In this document: positions 10,900 to 23,600 of the stretch, piece after piece
How positions within the stretch are numbered: the first letter of the stretch is position 1
Layout of the letters: the number at the start of each line of letters is the position of its first letter
NCBI GenBank assembly: GCA_965202585.1
Contig: OZ241833.1
Coordinates: 23,746,001-23,810,000, forward strand
DNA: 64,000 nucleotides
Source of the DNA: Thalia democratica
Taxonomy: Eukaryota
Reading direction: 5' to 3'
The notes under the pieces: model-generated
Databases searched by the model: none
Told to the model about the DNA's origin: nothing
Seen by the model: the letters and a program-made list of their open reading frames with translations, nothing else
Program-made: the position numbers and the translations under genes

Positions 10900-12604
10900 A
10901 GCTGAATATAGAACTGTGAAATTATGTTCAAATTGATTTTATTTTATTTTTAAATTTTTATGCTGTTGAAGTTCTATGCTACTATTGATTTTTGTTCAAA
11001 AGAAAAAACTGAAGTATAAAACATTGTGTTTAATTGATTCTACTTTAAAAAATCAAATCTTTAAATCATTGTGTAAAAATTACTATAACCATTTAGTTTT
11101 ACTATTTTTATACCGATACCATTTTTAAAAGCTTTGGGGGTTTTACCAAAAGTACATTTAAATATAGTACATTTTAATCTTTTATAGGAAGATACTTTCG
11201 AATTTTCTGATTGATCAGTTACTTTTTCTCTATTAATACATATGCTTCAATATGTTTTTATATTTGTTATTGATTTCTAATTTTTAGTTTATTAATTATA
11301 GAGTAACAACTTTAGTTGTTAAACTTAATGAGACTGTCATTCAAAATAGCTTTGCATTTACTTACTCAATGTAAAAATCTAATTGATATAAATTACCTTT
11401 CTAAAATATCATCCGCATTACAATTTACACTGTTCATTTAAAAGTTTTAAAATATTGTATATTATTTAGGTTTAATACTAAGTTTAAAGCATACAAATAG
11501 TTTGTTGTAAATATCAATTTGGTCAAGAAAATTTTCTTTATGTTGTTCAGTTTTTATATTTTTAAACATGTATTCAGAATGATTTCAGACTTCAAGCTGC
11601 AATTATTCTTAACCTATTTTATTTCGTCCATTAATTTGCATGTTTTTTATCTAATTTACGTTTTTAATGTGTCTCAAAAATTTTAACTTTTCATTTAAAG
11701 TTATTTTGAATACTGTAATGTTGTATTTTTTTAATTTTTAGTATTGTCTGAAAATTTATGGTACTATAACAATTTTAAAGTAAGCGTAGAGTTTACTTTT
11801 TTTAAATGATAAATTTTTGTTGTTAACTATTTCGAACTTTGTTTTTCTTAATAATGTTTACATGTAAGCTTTTGTTTGGTTGCTACAATTCAGGTAAAAT
11901 CAAAGTTTGTTTCAAATAACAAGGTTTCAAATAAAGTATAGATTATAATTTCTTTTTAATGATTGCAACTAAAAGTTCTTTTTGTATATTGAAATAGTTA
12001 CCATTATCTATAACAATTATCTATTAAATATATTTAATCAATGTAAAGTATGAATTGTTAATAATGTTTTTTAAACAAACGAAACGAAGTTTGCTGTAAT
12101 ATAACATCAAAAATTTAAAGTACTCAGTTTGTTGAAGTTATATACGCATTCATTCCGCAGAAAAACGTCGTTAGTTTTTTAATTAACTGAGTATTTTTCA
12201 AAATTGTTGTCTTATGTAGCCTTGATTTGAAGAAGGAGTGGGCAACTTTTTGATTTGGCGAAATTACTAAAATAAATCTTTTGCGCGCTAAATTTCTTAA
12301 AAATAAGTCTTAGCTGGCAGCTTAATTTTTAAAAGTAATGTATTATGAATAAAATTGCAATGTAGCAATCTAGTTTAATAAGCACTATTGTGCATTAAAA
12401 ACAAAACTAAGAGCATATTTAAATATACTACTTTAAAAAGTCAAAGCTATTAATTTTTCACTAGATTTTTAAATTTAATAAATACGTTTCGGCCCACTAA
12501 CCGTACATTGCTCACTCCTACTTTAAAGACTTATTTGATTTGTTTTAAGATTTTTTGAAGGTTTTTATCTTTAAATACTTGATGTAGAAAAACTTAATTT
12601 TATA

Positions 12605-13266
12605 CAGTCACCTCTCGCGAATCTATGCAAATTGTGTCCACACTAAAAGTGCTTAACTAAACGAGAGGAAGAAAATAAACTTACTATGTTGGCTATTTTC
12701 TTATGATGAATTTAGTTATATACAGTATAGTGACTTTCCCACTGCTTTTATTCAAGCTGTACGTATATGTGAAAAGCTTTTTAGTAAATCAAAACTATCA
12801 AAGATTGAACTTGTCTTGCATGTTGTTAAAGGAAGATCTTTCTTTAATACCATGATAGACAAGTTTAATCTTAGTTGGGCAAGAAACAAATTAGTAGAAA
12901 TATGAGATTTGTTGAGTTGATATGAAACTCTATGTCATAAATAATTTATTTGAGGAATTGAAAATAGTATTTTGTTTGATTTAAAGGTATGAAGAAGTAT
13001 TAAGATACCTAAAATATAAGTAGCAAAACCATAGAGTTCAATAGGTTTTTATGGAAGGCACAGACTAAAAACTTAACATCTCTATTTTATTAAAAATCTA
13101 TCTTCTACATCTTAGAAAGTTTAATTGAAAAAAAAACACATTGTTTACTTAATCATGCAATAAACTTACAATATGAATTTTTTTTTTCAAATTATTACTT
13201 AGTATTTTTTGAAAATTCTAAAAAATGTAGTTAAACGAGAGTGCGTAGATTCGTGAGAGGTGACTA
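12605..13266. mobile_element. Tc1/mariner-superfamily (Tigger/pogo-like) MITE
   Basis: ta|cagtcacctctcgcgaatct ... agattcgtgagaggtgacta|ta; subterminal aactaaacgagag/agttaaacgagag. Confidence 0.75.
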
Positions 13267-14786
13267 TAATGTGTAATTTTATGTTTTTGTTTCTAAATGA
13301 ATTTTCTAATTAAAATTGTTTGCATAAAAAGGCTCGCTCTTTTGCTTATTCTGCCAATTGATAAAATGCTGCTTGTTTTGCTGCAATAATTTTTAAGTTA
13401 TTTATGTAGATTGTAAAAAAAATCAAAATACTGTGTAATTTTAAAAGTTTTTAATTAGTTATATAAGAAATCATATGTTCAAAAATTAAAATAGAACTTT
13501 ATGACTTATAATGTTTTCACTCAAGTAATATTTTTGTTCTAACTTATAAAGGGAACTTTTAAGTAATGTTACTCTAGTAAGGTCAGGAAAATACAGTTTA
13601 ATGTTATGTGGTAACCTTGCAATAGCTTGTATATCGTACTAAGATTTTGTACCAATGTTGATTAAACAGAGAATTTATAAACACTTTTGATCTACCATGC
13701 ATATTAATGTGTTTTTGCTTTACATTTATGATTTTTAAAGTATGTGAAACATTTTTAAAATTAATTTTACGTGTTACAAGTTTTGGATTGTTTTTTATGT
13801 GTAAAAATTAATAAAATACAAAAAATAATAAAAGGAGTGTTTTTTTTACTAAATATAAAATGTATAAAAAACTAAATTATAAAGAAACTATTATGTAAGC
13901 TAAAAGACATAAAGTTAATGCTTTATAGCAGTTTTCTAAGCTTCTGATTATTTTTTTACCATATTTCACTTGTAGAAAAAACCTCAATTTTCATGTTTTG
14001 CTTTCTGTGTAGTGTTTTTTCTTAAAAAGTTACAAAAAATATAAGCACATATTTAATTGTTAATAATTTCAATATGGTTTTAAAAATGTTAACTTAACTG
14101 TAAGTATAACATCGTATAACTCTTTTTTTGTTTAGCCAAAAGATTATACCTTAAATTCAAATTAGTAGATTAAATCTAAATTTTCACAGTAAGAAAAAAG
14201 TAAACAAATTAATATCTTAAAATAAAGTAAATAATTTTATAAGCAAAATTATGTTCTGTTTGTATAGTTTAAAATATATTAAACTTTTTTAAAAAATTTA
14301 GGACTATATTGTTAACTTTTTTATTAATATCAGTTTTACTTTACTTTTAACTTACACACTTAGTAAATACTTTATGTCACGAAGTTTAAAAGTTGTTTGT
14401 AAATAAGATTAAAATGTAAGATTTAGGCAAATTAATTTTCTGGTAAACACAGAAAAAAAATCTATACTAAATATTATTTTAAATAAAAAATTTAGTTAAA
14501 TGTCGATAGTAAAAATAGTAATATATAAGTAGATCACAGTGAAAGACAGCTTCATTAATCTAAGTACATTTGTAAAAAACTAAGCTTCAAGAGTAAAAAC
14601 AAAACATGCATATTAGGACCAAGCTTAAACTCGAAATTAAGAGACTACAAGTTAAAGATCATAAAATTAAATTGGCTGCTAAGTAAAAATAAAAATCATA
14701 ATAATAGATACATATGAGTATGGTGACATAAAGTGATATCAATTTTTATAACTGTATTAAACAGTAAAAACACTTTTAGTGTAGAC

Positions 14787-15092
14787 CAGGGGTCGGAAAC
14801 TGGCCCTGAAAGCCAAAATATGCGGCCCGCGAATTACTTTTCAGCTCAAAAAACTAATTAGAAATGTTTCTGTGGTGAAAGCATAAAGTTAGACTTACAA
14901 TTTAATAGTTACTACTTCTCTATTTATGCTTGTTTGATCATGTTTTGGTGTAAAATAGTATTCTTATGTTGATTACTACAAATATTTTGAAATAACTGCG
15001 GCCCACACAAGACTTTTTTTAAACAGTGCGGTATGCGAGCAGCTTTTTCTCGGAAAGTAGACCCGTCACTTAAAAAAGGCTTCCGACCCATG
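14787..15092. mobile_element. hAT (Charlie/Buster-like) MITE
   Basis: TIRs caggggtcggaa/ttccgacccatg; perfect 8-bp TSD gtgtagac (14779-14786 and 15093-15100); internal gcggcccgc motifs; related fragment at about 21870-21910. Confidence 0.88.
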
Positions 15093-15558
15093 GTGTAGAC
15101 ACATGACAAACACAAAAGGTTCATAGTTATCATCTTTTGTATGATTTTTGATAAAACTAGTATAAGTAAGTGTTAAACTTCTATACGATTTTTATTTATA
15201 AGTAAGATTAGTTTTATTCTTATATTTATAGTGACCAAATAGTGTTTTCTTACACCAGGTCCTTTGACCAAACCTTTAACCTTTGATTTCTTTGGCGCGT
15301 TAATCTTACTAGCACTTATAAGTTAAAAAAAGCTACTATTTTTGTGATTTAACTGAAAAATGTTATTGTAAATTGAAAAGTTAAAGAATATTCTCTCGTA
15401 ATTAGACTTTAGCAACAAAAATAAGTTTAAAAAAATATTACAATTAGGGACTTAATAAAAAAAGTTTGTTATTACTCTAAGTTTTTCGATCTTATTAAAA
15501 CTTGTAATAATAATTAGTGGTTATATAAAGAAACGCGATACTTTTAAATTTTTTTAAT

Positions 15559-15920
15559 CAGTGCTGCCAAAAAACCTGGAATTTGAGAAACTTTGAAGAA
15601 AAAAAAAAGATAGTCTGGAATTCTTCACAAAAATCTCTTAAAATCCTGGATTTTTAAACAGTTTTTTGACTGTAAAACAGTGAATTTTTGATTAGGTAAG
15701 AAATATCTATTATAATTAATATTTTTTTAAACATTAAAAATTTTATTTACTATGAAACACTTTTAAAGTAGATTACAATATCTTTTTGGCATTTTTATAC
15801 TCTTCCAAGAAGGTTTTTACCTTCTATTTAATTTAACGCTAAAAATGGACAAAAAACTTGTACTTTCAAAAATCTTGAAAATTTTAGAAAACTTTGAAAA
15901 AAGTCTTCGACGCAACCCTG
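15559..15920. mobile_element. Older copy of the 9201-9622 MITE family
   Basis: Shares aaaacctggaatttga motifs and ends gcaaccctg; the left TIR is degenerate (cagtgctgcc). Confidence 0.6.
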
Positions 15921-17616
15921 TTTATAAAAATATATTTTTAAGTTAGTAAAAATAACTTATGAATTCCAAATGTTTAAAATTGCTCTTTGAATCCTTATTG
16001 TGAGTTTTTTAAAATAAAAGCTGACTAAAACTAAATATTACAAATTTTTAGTTGCTGAGTCTAAAAGATGAAAAGTTTTAATATTTTTACAGATAATACT
16101 AGACCAGAATATTGAGACTAAGTAAATCCAAACAAACTTATGATAAGCATTGTATGTCTTACTAGTACTTTTTTTAGATAAATTATACATCATTTACAAC
16201 AAAACTTGATATTATAATTGGATGGATATTTAGTTATAGTTTAAATTATACATTATTTATTACAGCGTTTTTATTTATCTTATGACTTTAAAAACGATCT
16301 TAGCTCAATAGTAATGCTATAAAAAAGAACAAACTCTTTAAAGTAATAATAAAATAAGAATAAAAAACTAATTTTATGTTGAAAATAAGTAATGAAAGAC
16401 AAAATAGCTTTAAATATTTATTTAAGATTTTGAAAATATTAAACTGTTTTGGTTCTGTTTACAAAAAATACTATTGGGGTTGATTCTGGGTGAATTCAAC
16501 GTTGTATGAAGTCCAGATTTGACTAAGACCGAAAGTATACTTAGTAGAATACTTAGTTCAAATTGTTTAAGAAATTTGATTGTTCACTGTTTGTTTTAAT
16601 TCTGCTAGAAACTTTCAATAAGAAAATAACAAAAAATTAGAATAAAATTCGGCAATTTTTAAACAATAAGTTAAACAATAGTATTTTTTAATTTTAAGTC
16701 TTTGAAATTAAATATTTTCTCACTTCTGTCGACAAAATCTTAGTAACTTTAGAAACTAAAGTCAATATTACTAATGAAGTAAAAGTAATTTAAAACAAGT
16801 CTTACTTCATTACAAATAGCGAATAAGGCTAGCCTAATTTGTTCATACTTTTTTTATAAGGATTCAGCACAATGTTTTTAGAGACTTACTAAAATCTTGG
16901 TTGTTTTGTTCTTTCTTTTTTTTTGTCATGAGCACATAGCTTGGGGGACTTTTGATTATAACGAATGTGATGAAAGTTTCAGTAAATAAAAGTACAAGTC
17001 TGAAAACATAAAATTAATCAGGAAAATTTTGTATAGACAAAATAGGATGAAATTAGGAAAATTAATATATAAATAATATATGTTAAAAGAGGTTGAATTT
17101 ATATAACAAAGGCATCAAAAGCTATAAAATGATCAAACATTTATACTAAACTTTATTATTTTGTGTTAACAGTTACTGTGTTTTTATTTATTTTTAAATA
17201 AATATTTACAGTAAATACATTTTCACGGCTGTTAGCTTGTTTTTAATATAGTCGTTTACTACTTTTAAAATATTATGCCTTATACATAAATGTAACAAAG
17301 TTCTTAAAAACGTAAATAATATGTAACAAAAAGATATAATACAGAATTAGTTTTAAAAAATAAAACTATTAATTACTTTAAAACGCTCTATACATTTAAT
17401 TAATGAAATTAAGTTGTAAAATATTTTTAGTAAAACTTTAGATATTTGTTAGAGATTATATTCTTACTCTCCATACTTTACTTTTTCAGGACTCTTAGCA
17501 TAAATAACTTTAAACAAGTATCAATATAATAAAAAAGACTGTGAAACAAAAAAAAAACTGTATTCTTTATATAATGTCAAAGTTTTTATACTAATACTTT
17601 TTTCCCTTGCTCACAG

Positions 17617-17652
17617 GTGCTAGGTAAGTTTAAATGGAAATGGGTTTTATGA
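17617..17652 (+). other. Orphan splice unit: candidate alternative terminal exon of the whirlin gene (VLGKFKWKWVL*) or 7-nt microexon (17617-17623)
   Basis: Branch-like ctaat (17591-17595), pyrimidine tract tttttttcccttgctcacag, then gtgctag|gtaagt. Phase-0 readthrough ends in TGA TAG TAA. Confidence 0.45.
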
Positions 17653-20601
17653 TAGTAATACTTAGACACACACTATTTTCTTTTTTTATTGTAGTTTTAT
17701 TCTTATATAAGTTTTTTTACATACGTAAGTTAACTTTATCGAACGAGTTTTTAAGTTGATAAAGTATTAAACATCATAAGTGTAACTAAAACTTTTGAGC
17801 TATTTTTATATTTGTAGAATACTGAAGTAATTGTTTAACGCAAACTATACATCAGTGTAAGTGTTTGTATGAAACTTTTAAAATTTTATTTACATTAAAT
17901 TGGTTTTTTCATTTGAGGTTATTAAATCTATTAATACTAACTTGACGAGCAAAACCATAATGAGAATTAAATAAATTTACATTATATTCAAATATCCTAT
18001 ATCTACCAAATAAGAAAGGAAAAATTAAGACGTTTAGAAAAATTTCAGTTATAACTAATAAATATAAACAATACTAAAAATATTATTGTTAAATAAATAT
18101 TCACAACTGTTTAAGTTAGAAACTAGGATATTCATAAAAATTTTTTTTTAATAATTTTAAAAAGAAAATACCACTTAAAAGGATGTATTTAATATTCAAT
18201 TATTTTCTTGAACATTTTTTTATTTGGAAAAATAACAACTGACTTTAGTTTATAAAGATTAACTCAAGAAAAAAAAAAAAGAAAAAAAAAAATAAAAATG
18301 CGAAGGTTAAGAAAAAATGCCTTTAATTTTAGTAGTTAAATATAATTTTTGCTTTAATTTTTGCAAAAAAAAAACTATTTTAAAAGTTTAAAATTAAGTT
18401 TAGTATAACGAATTTATTCCAATAATTGTTTTAGTCTAAGAACTTTTTGAATTATCAAAAAAATTACGGTTTAAAAAAGATAAACGTGTTTTTTAAAGTA
18501 ATTTTCTTAAACCGACATGAGTAAAACATCTTTATGTAAAGTTTGACAGTTATTTCTTAAAATAGAAAGCTACATAAAATATAAAATTCAAGGACTTCTT
18601 CTAAAAAAAACTTCTACGATTGACATTTGTGACTACACATAAACACGCAAGTTAGTATCGGCTAATTGTAGATCGTTACCATTGATTTTTTGATACTTAT
18701 TCAAAATCATCTCTTCATTGATTGTTCGTTATGATCAAAATAATAGAAGTTCAACTTAAAAGAAAAATTGGATGGAACTACAATCTACTCAGTAGTTCAA
18801 CGTCTTTTATTAATTTGTTGTATTTGTTAAGTTACAAAAAGCTTTATATGTATAAATTATTAATTTGAAGTTTTTTTCTTTAAGCTAAAGTTAGCATTTA
18901 CTTTGGTAATGTTGAATATATAATATTTCGATACGTCCCAAATGACATGTAAAAAGTTTTTGTAGTTATAAGCTTTATTTCCTATGAAGGGAATTAGTTG
19001 AAACATTAGTTTTAAAAACCTTTTTAAGATATGCAAAATTGAGATTTTATACTATTAGGTAATTTTATAAATGAATAAAAGTTTTATTTTTAATATGGGT
19101 TTTAAAAAGTACAAATATCTACATACACATAATCTAGAGCTATTATTCAAATATTAATTTTTAACAAAACAAAAAACTTTAGATAGTTTTATTTATCAAA
19201 CTTTCTTTATTTATCTACAAAGTTTGTTTTATTATGTTAAAACATGTTTCTTTATTAAATCTAAAAAATCTGACTAAAATATATTCATGTAAAAATTTTA
19301 TAATACGTGACTAATTTATGTAAGAACTTATTTAAAATAACCAACAGATTTGATTTTAACTAAAAATTTAATAAAAAGTAGTTTACTGCAACGTAGTACA
19401 TGTAAGTTATGTCTACAAAATATTTAAAACAAAAAGGATAGTTAAAAAAATGATACAAAAAGTAAACTGTTTTAAAAAAACACAGTTTACTTGCTTGTTA
19501 TACATCTTTTTTTATTTGATTGTATCTGATTATTCGTTCTCACCTCATGTCATTTGATGCCAACAAATTAATGAATAATTAATTTTTTATGATCTTATTA
19601 CTAGCGAAATCACAACATAAGGTTTTATGACTAACATATGAGGAAACAAAGAACTTTTACAGTTGGATTTTGAAAATTTTGTTAGCTTTATGTGTGATTA
19701 AGTTTTAAGCTACACTATCTATAAAAACAAAGAAAAACAAACTATTTAATTACAAACTTTCAAGTTTCGCCTGAGTTTATTAATTTAGGTTATAAATATT
19801 CGCTTTATACAACATTGCTTTTTGTTTATAGTTTTTGGTTTAAGAACGGAATATTGTTTTTTTGATTAGGTCTTACTTTAAAGACAAAGTATTAAGAAAA
19901 GTAAAATTACTTAAACTAGTTGAAATTTTGTTATAGTTATTAAAAATACTCTTTTAACATTTAACTAAACAAAATAGTAATTTGGTAATTTAGTATTACG
20001 GAGTTACAAAAAGTTTAGAGTAGTTTAAAAAGCTAGTGATTTCTAAGATTCTTGTTTTGAATTTTTACAGAAAAACAAAGCAAAAAGCAACCCAATTTCA
20101 ATTTTTACAGTGTTTAGATTTGCATTTTCACCCTTAAAATTGGTTAAAAAATCAATGATAAGTCTGTTAACTTCGAGTGATGTTTGTGAGTTAAATTTTC
20201 GAAAAAACAATGGCGTGCGAGAGAAATTCAATTTAGTGTTTCGGGGTTTTTTTCTTCGCATACGAAATTGTACGTTTTTTGTAATACAGTTTTTGACAGT
20301 CTTAAGCTTTTCAAAGTAATTAAATTTGACTTAATCTTAAATGCAAGGTAGTTTTAGAGAGGATTTTTCTATTGCATTTAGCTTTTTTTAGATAAGTATA
20401 TAGTTATGTTTTAATGACATAAATCAAAGTCTATAAAGTTATTTAAACTACTCTATATTATTCAGATTTTTTAAATGTGTACCAAATAAACTATTTATGA
20501 AAAAAAAAAGTTTTGCTTCACATAGGCTAGTTTCCAGTATCTTTATAACTTACTCATAAAAAATTCAAAGTTAATTTTGAAAGATTTAGAAGTTCAATGA
20601 C

Positions 20602-20671
20602 ATGAAAGCAGCAATCTTCGCAGTATTTTTTTGTTATTTTGTCGAAGTAAAATCAATTTGCATTCTAGCTG
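20602..20671 (+). CDS. GPI-protein exon 1 (signal peptide)
   Basis: ATG..MKAAIFAVFFCYFVEVKSICILA g|gtaagt, phase 1. Confidence 0.8.
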
Positions 20672-23600
20672 GTAAGTCTAATTTTAATTAATTTCTTTAG
20701 ATTATAAGTGCTTGCATGAGTATATAAATTTTGGTTTTTGAACTTATTTAATTTTTATGAGAGTAAAAAATGTTTTTAGAATATTAACCAAATCAAGTAT
20801 TTAACCATTAACGTAGTGAAATCTGAAGTTTAGTATTTCTTATTTAACGTAAACATTGCAATACTATTATACTTTGTAGATCTTATTTCAACTTAAAGTT
20901 TATAGTTTTTTGAAAACAAAATAATGCTCTGAATATTAAAATCTTTACAAAAGATAAAGTTAAGTTTAATAAAAGTTAAATCAAAAAGCAAAACTTTAGC
21001 AAAAATGATTTATAAAAAACTTTTTAATATAAAATTGTAGTCTATGCAACTCTTAAAAATATTTTTTGTTTGTGTTGATTTTTAAATGTTTACTTAAATC
21101 AAGACCAACTATTTAAAACTATGAATGGCATGTTAATCTTAACTTCTTTTGGTATTTATAAATTTAATACTTATAACTAAAAATCTATATTGCTTATTTA
21201 TGATAAAGTCATCTTCAAAAATTTCTCTAACATCAGTTCATGAATTTAATATCTTATACTAAAATTGGTAAAATGCATAAATGTAAAATACTTAGGTTTG
21301 CGGCTTAACTTTAAAAACTCATAGAAGTTTAGTTGATGACTAAGGTTAAATTCATACATGTAATAATAAAACTCTAAAAGTAAGAAATTTCTGGACAAAA
21401 AAACAGTTTCTGATAAAATGAAAGTTTTAAAGTTTTAATATGCCAAACAATGTAATAACTCTTAAGAAGGTTAATAGACTATAACTCAAATTTAACTACT
21501 TTTCACAACTACTCTTTAATGCTATTTACGAAATAGAGATCTATAATTATTAAATAATTGTTATTTAATAGAAACTAACTTTATCATACTAAACAAACAA
21601 CTAAGTAGTCTAACTAGAGAATAAAAAAAAACATAAAGAAGTTTAAAATTTACTTTTTTTATTGCTAGTTTTATGTTTTTTTATTTGTTTTGTCGTTTAT
21701 TAAATTTTATTTATTTATTTTTATTTATATAAATGTTTACATAACTTTACTATGTTAATAACACTAAGAAGCAGTTGTGAAATAAACTTATGATTTATTC
21801 AAATCTGTTAACAAAATTAAAGTTTATAGCAGATTAGCTTTTACATATCTAAAGTAAAAGAAAGCAACCTACGGCCCGCCGAGCAAAAATGCTCAGCCCC
21901 TTGACCTATTTTTTAGCTCAAAGATAACTTTTGCAAATAGTTGAAACTGAGTTATTTATACAAATTGTTTTTTCAGTGTAATAAAATATGTTGAAAATTT
22001 AGTTTCAATGCACAGTAGCGTATATAAAAGTTTTGTTTTTTAGAGTTACAAAACAATATTGCATAAGTTTTCATAATTATGTGACCTATTAAGAATTGTC
22101 TGAAAATTTTACTCACCAGAGACTTTTTCTGATGATCTGCCCGCCGACTTGTAAATTTCTCAACCCTCATCTAAAGCATAAAATATTTTTGTTTTTCACA
22201 ACTTTTACTAGAAACTAAATTGCATAAAAAGTATTGATTAAATATTGAAGAAAAGTGATACCATTGAATGTCTTTTAGTGTTGTTATTTTGTTAAATACA
22301 AATAAAAAAATTGTTAATATACTCATTTATAGCCTATATTGAAACTTTTATAACCAAAATAATCACTATTCTGTGTAATATAATTAATAGATACACGGGC
22401 CTATAATAAGAAATATGGCGGAATTATTCTAAACAGTATATTAAACTAACCAATATTAAAACTATGCTACAAAAGTAGTTTTATTCTTTTTAAAATGTAA
22501 AATCTTTATGCTAAAAACCAGGGTATTAATATTTGCATCCAAATCACGTTTAAGCATAGATACTTTAACCATTAAAAACTACATTCGTCCAAAGTATTAA
22601 AAAAATTCTACTTTTAAAAGAAAACAGTGGCGCTAATAATAACTAGCGTAGAGATAAAATTAAAGCAAAATAAATTGTTTACTAATAAAATATAAACATT
22701 AAATTGCAATTGATCAATGTTTTAATTTGGCACTATACGTGTTCATAGATCAACATTTTCATTAAATGTATAACGTTTTTTGATTATAATACTAAATAAA
22801 AGTTTTATTTAGAACTTGAATTTTACTTAGTTCTATGTTTAATATGAATATGTTCTAATATGACTATTTAAAATATAAATTTAAGTATTTGTTAACAAAA
22901 AATCGTAGTGAAACAAGTTCACTGGAATATAATAAAAACAAATTATACAGTAATCTTCCTATATTGTACCAAATATGTTTCTGTGTGTTAACGGATTAAC
23001 ACATTTCAACTGGGAAATGTTTTTCCTTTCTATTCATAACCCAGTTGAAGTGTGTTAATCCGTTAACACACAGAAACATATGTTGGTACAATATAGGAAG
23101 ATTACTGCTCAATTTGTTTTTATGTTCTAATATGTTAATACAAAACCGTATTACCTACTTGTATTCACATAAAGTACAAACTAATGAAATTAAATTTACA
23201 CTGTGCATATGTGCCTTTTAGTTAACATGCAACTAAACTTTTTTCAGCTTACCTAAGAAAAACTTGATTTAAATACTTTAGATTTTTTTAAGGTATCAAA
23301 AAAGCAAACAAACTATATTTACAACATCCAGACCATTTTATTAAAATAGTATTATTTCATTCATGATAAAGAAATCAAATAGTAAAATTTTAAATCAAAC
23401 TTACTTTCTACTTGTTTAAGATCTTAAAAAACTATAATTAACTACGTTACTCCTATTATTGTTAACATGATAATATGAAGAAAAAAAAAATTGAACTAAT
23501 GTAAACATATTATATAAAAGAAAGACTAACGGACAGTTATAAAGCTTGATATCATTTTAACTTACATAGAATACTTATTATTTTGATACGGTCGTTACTC

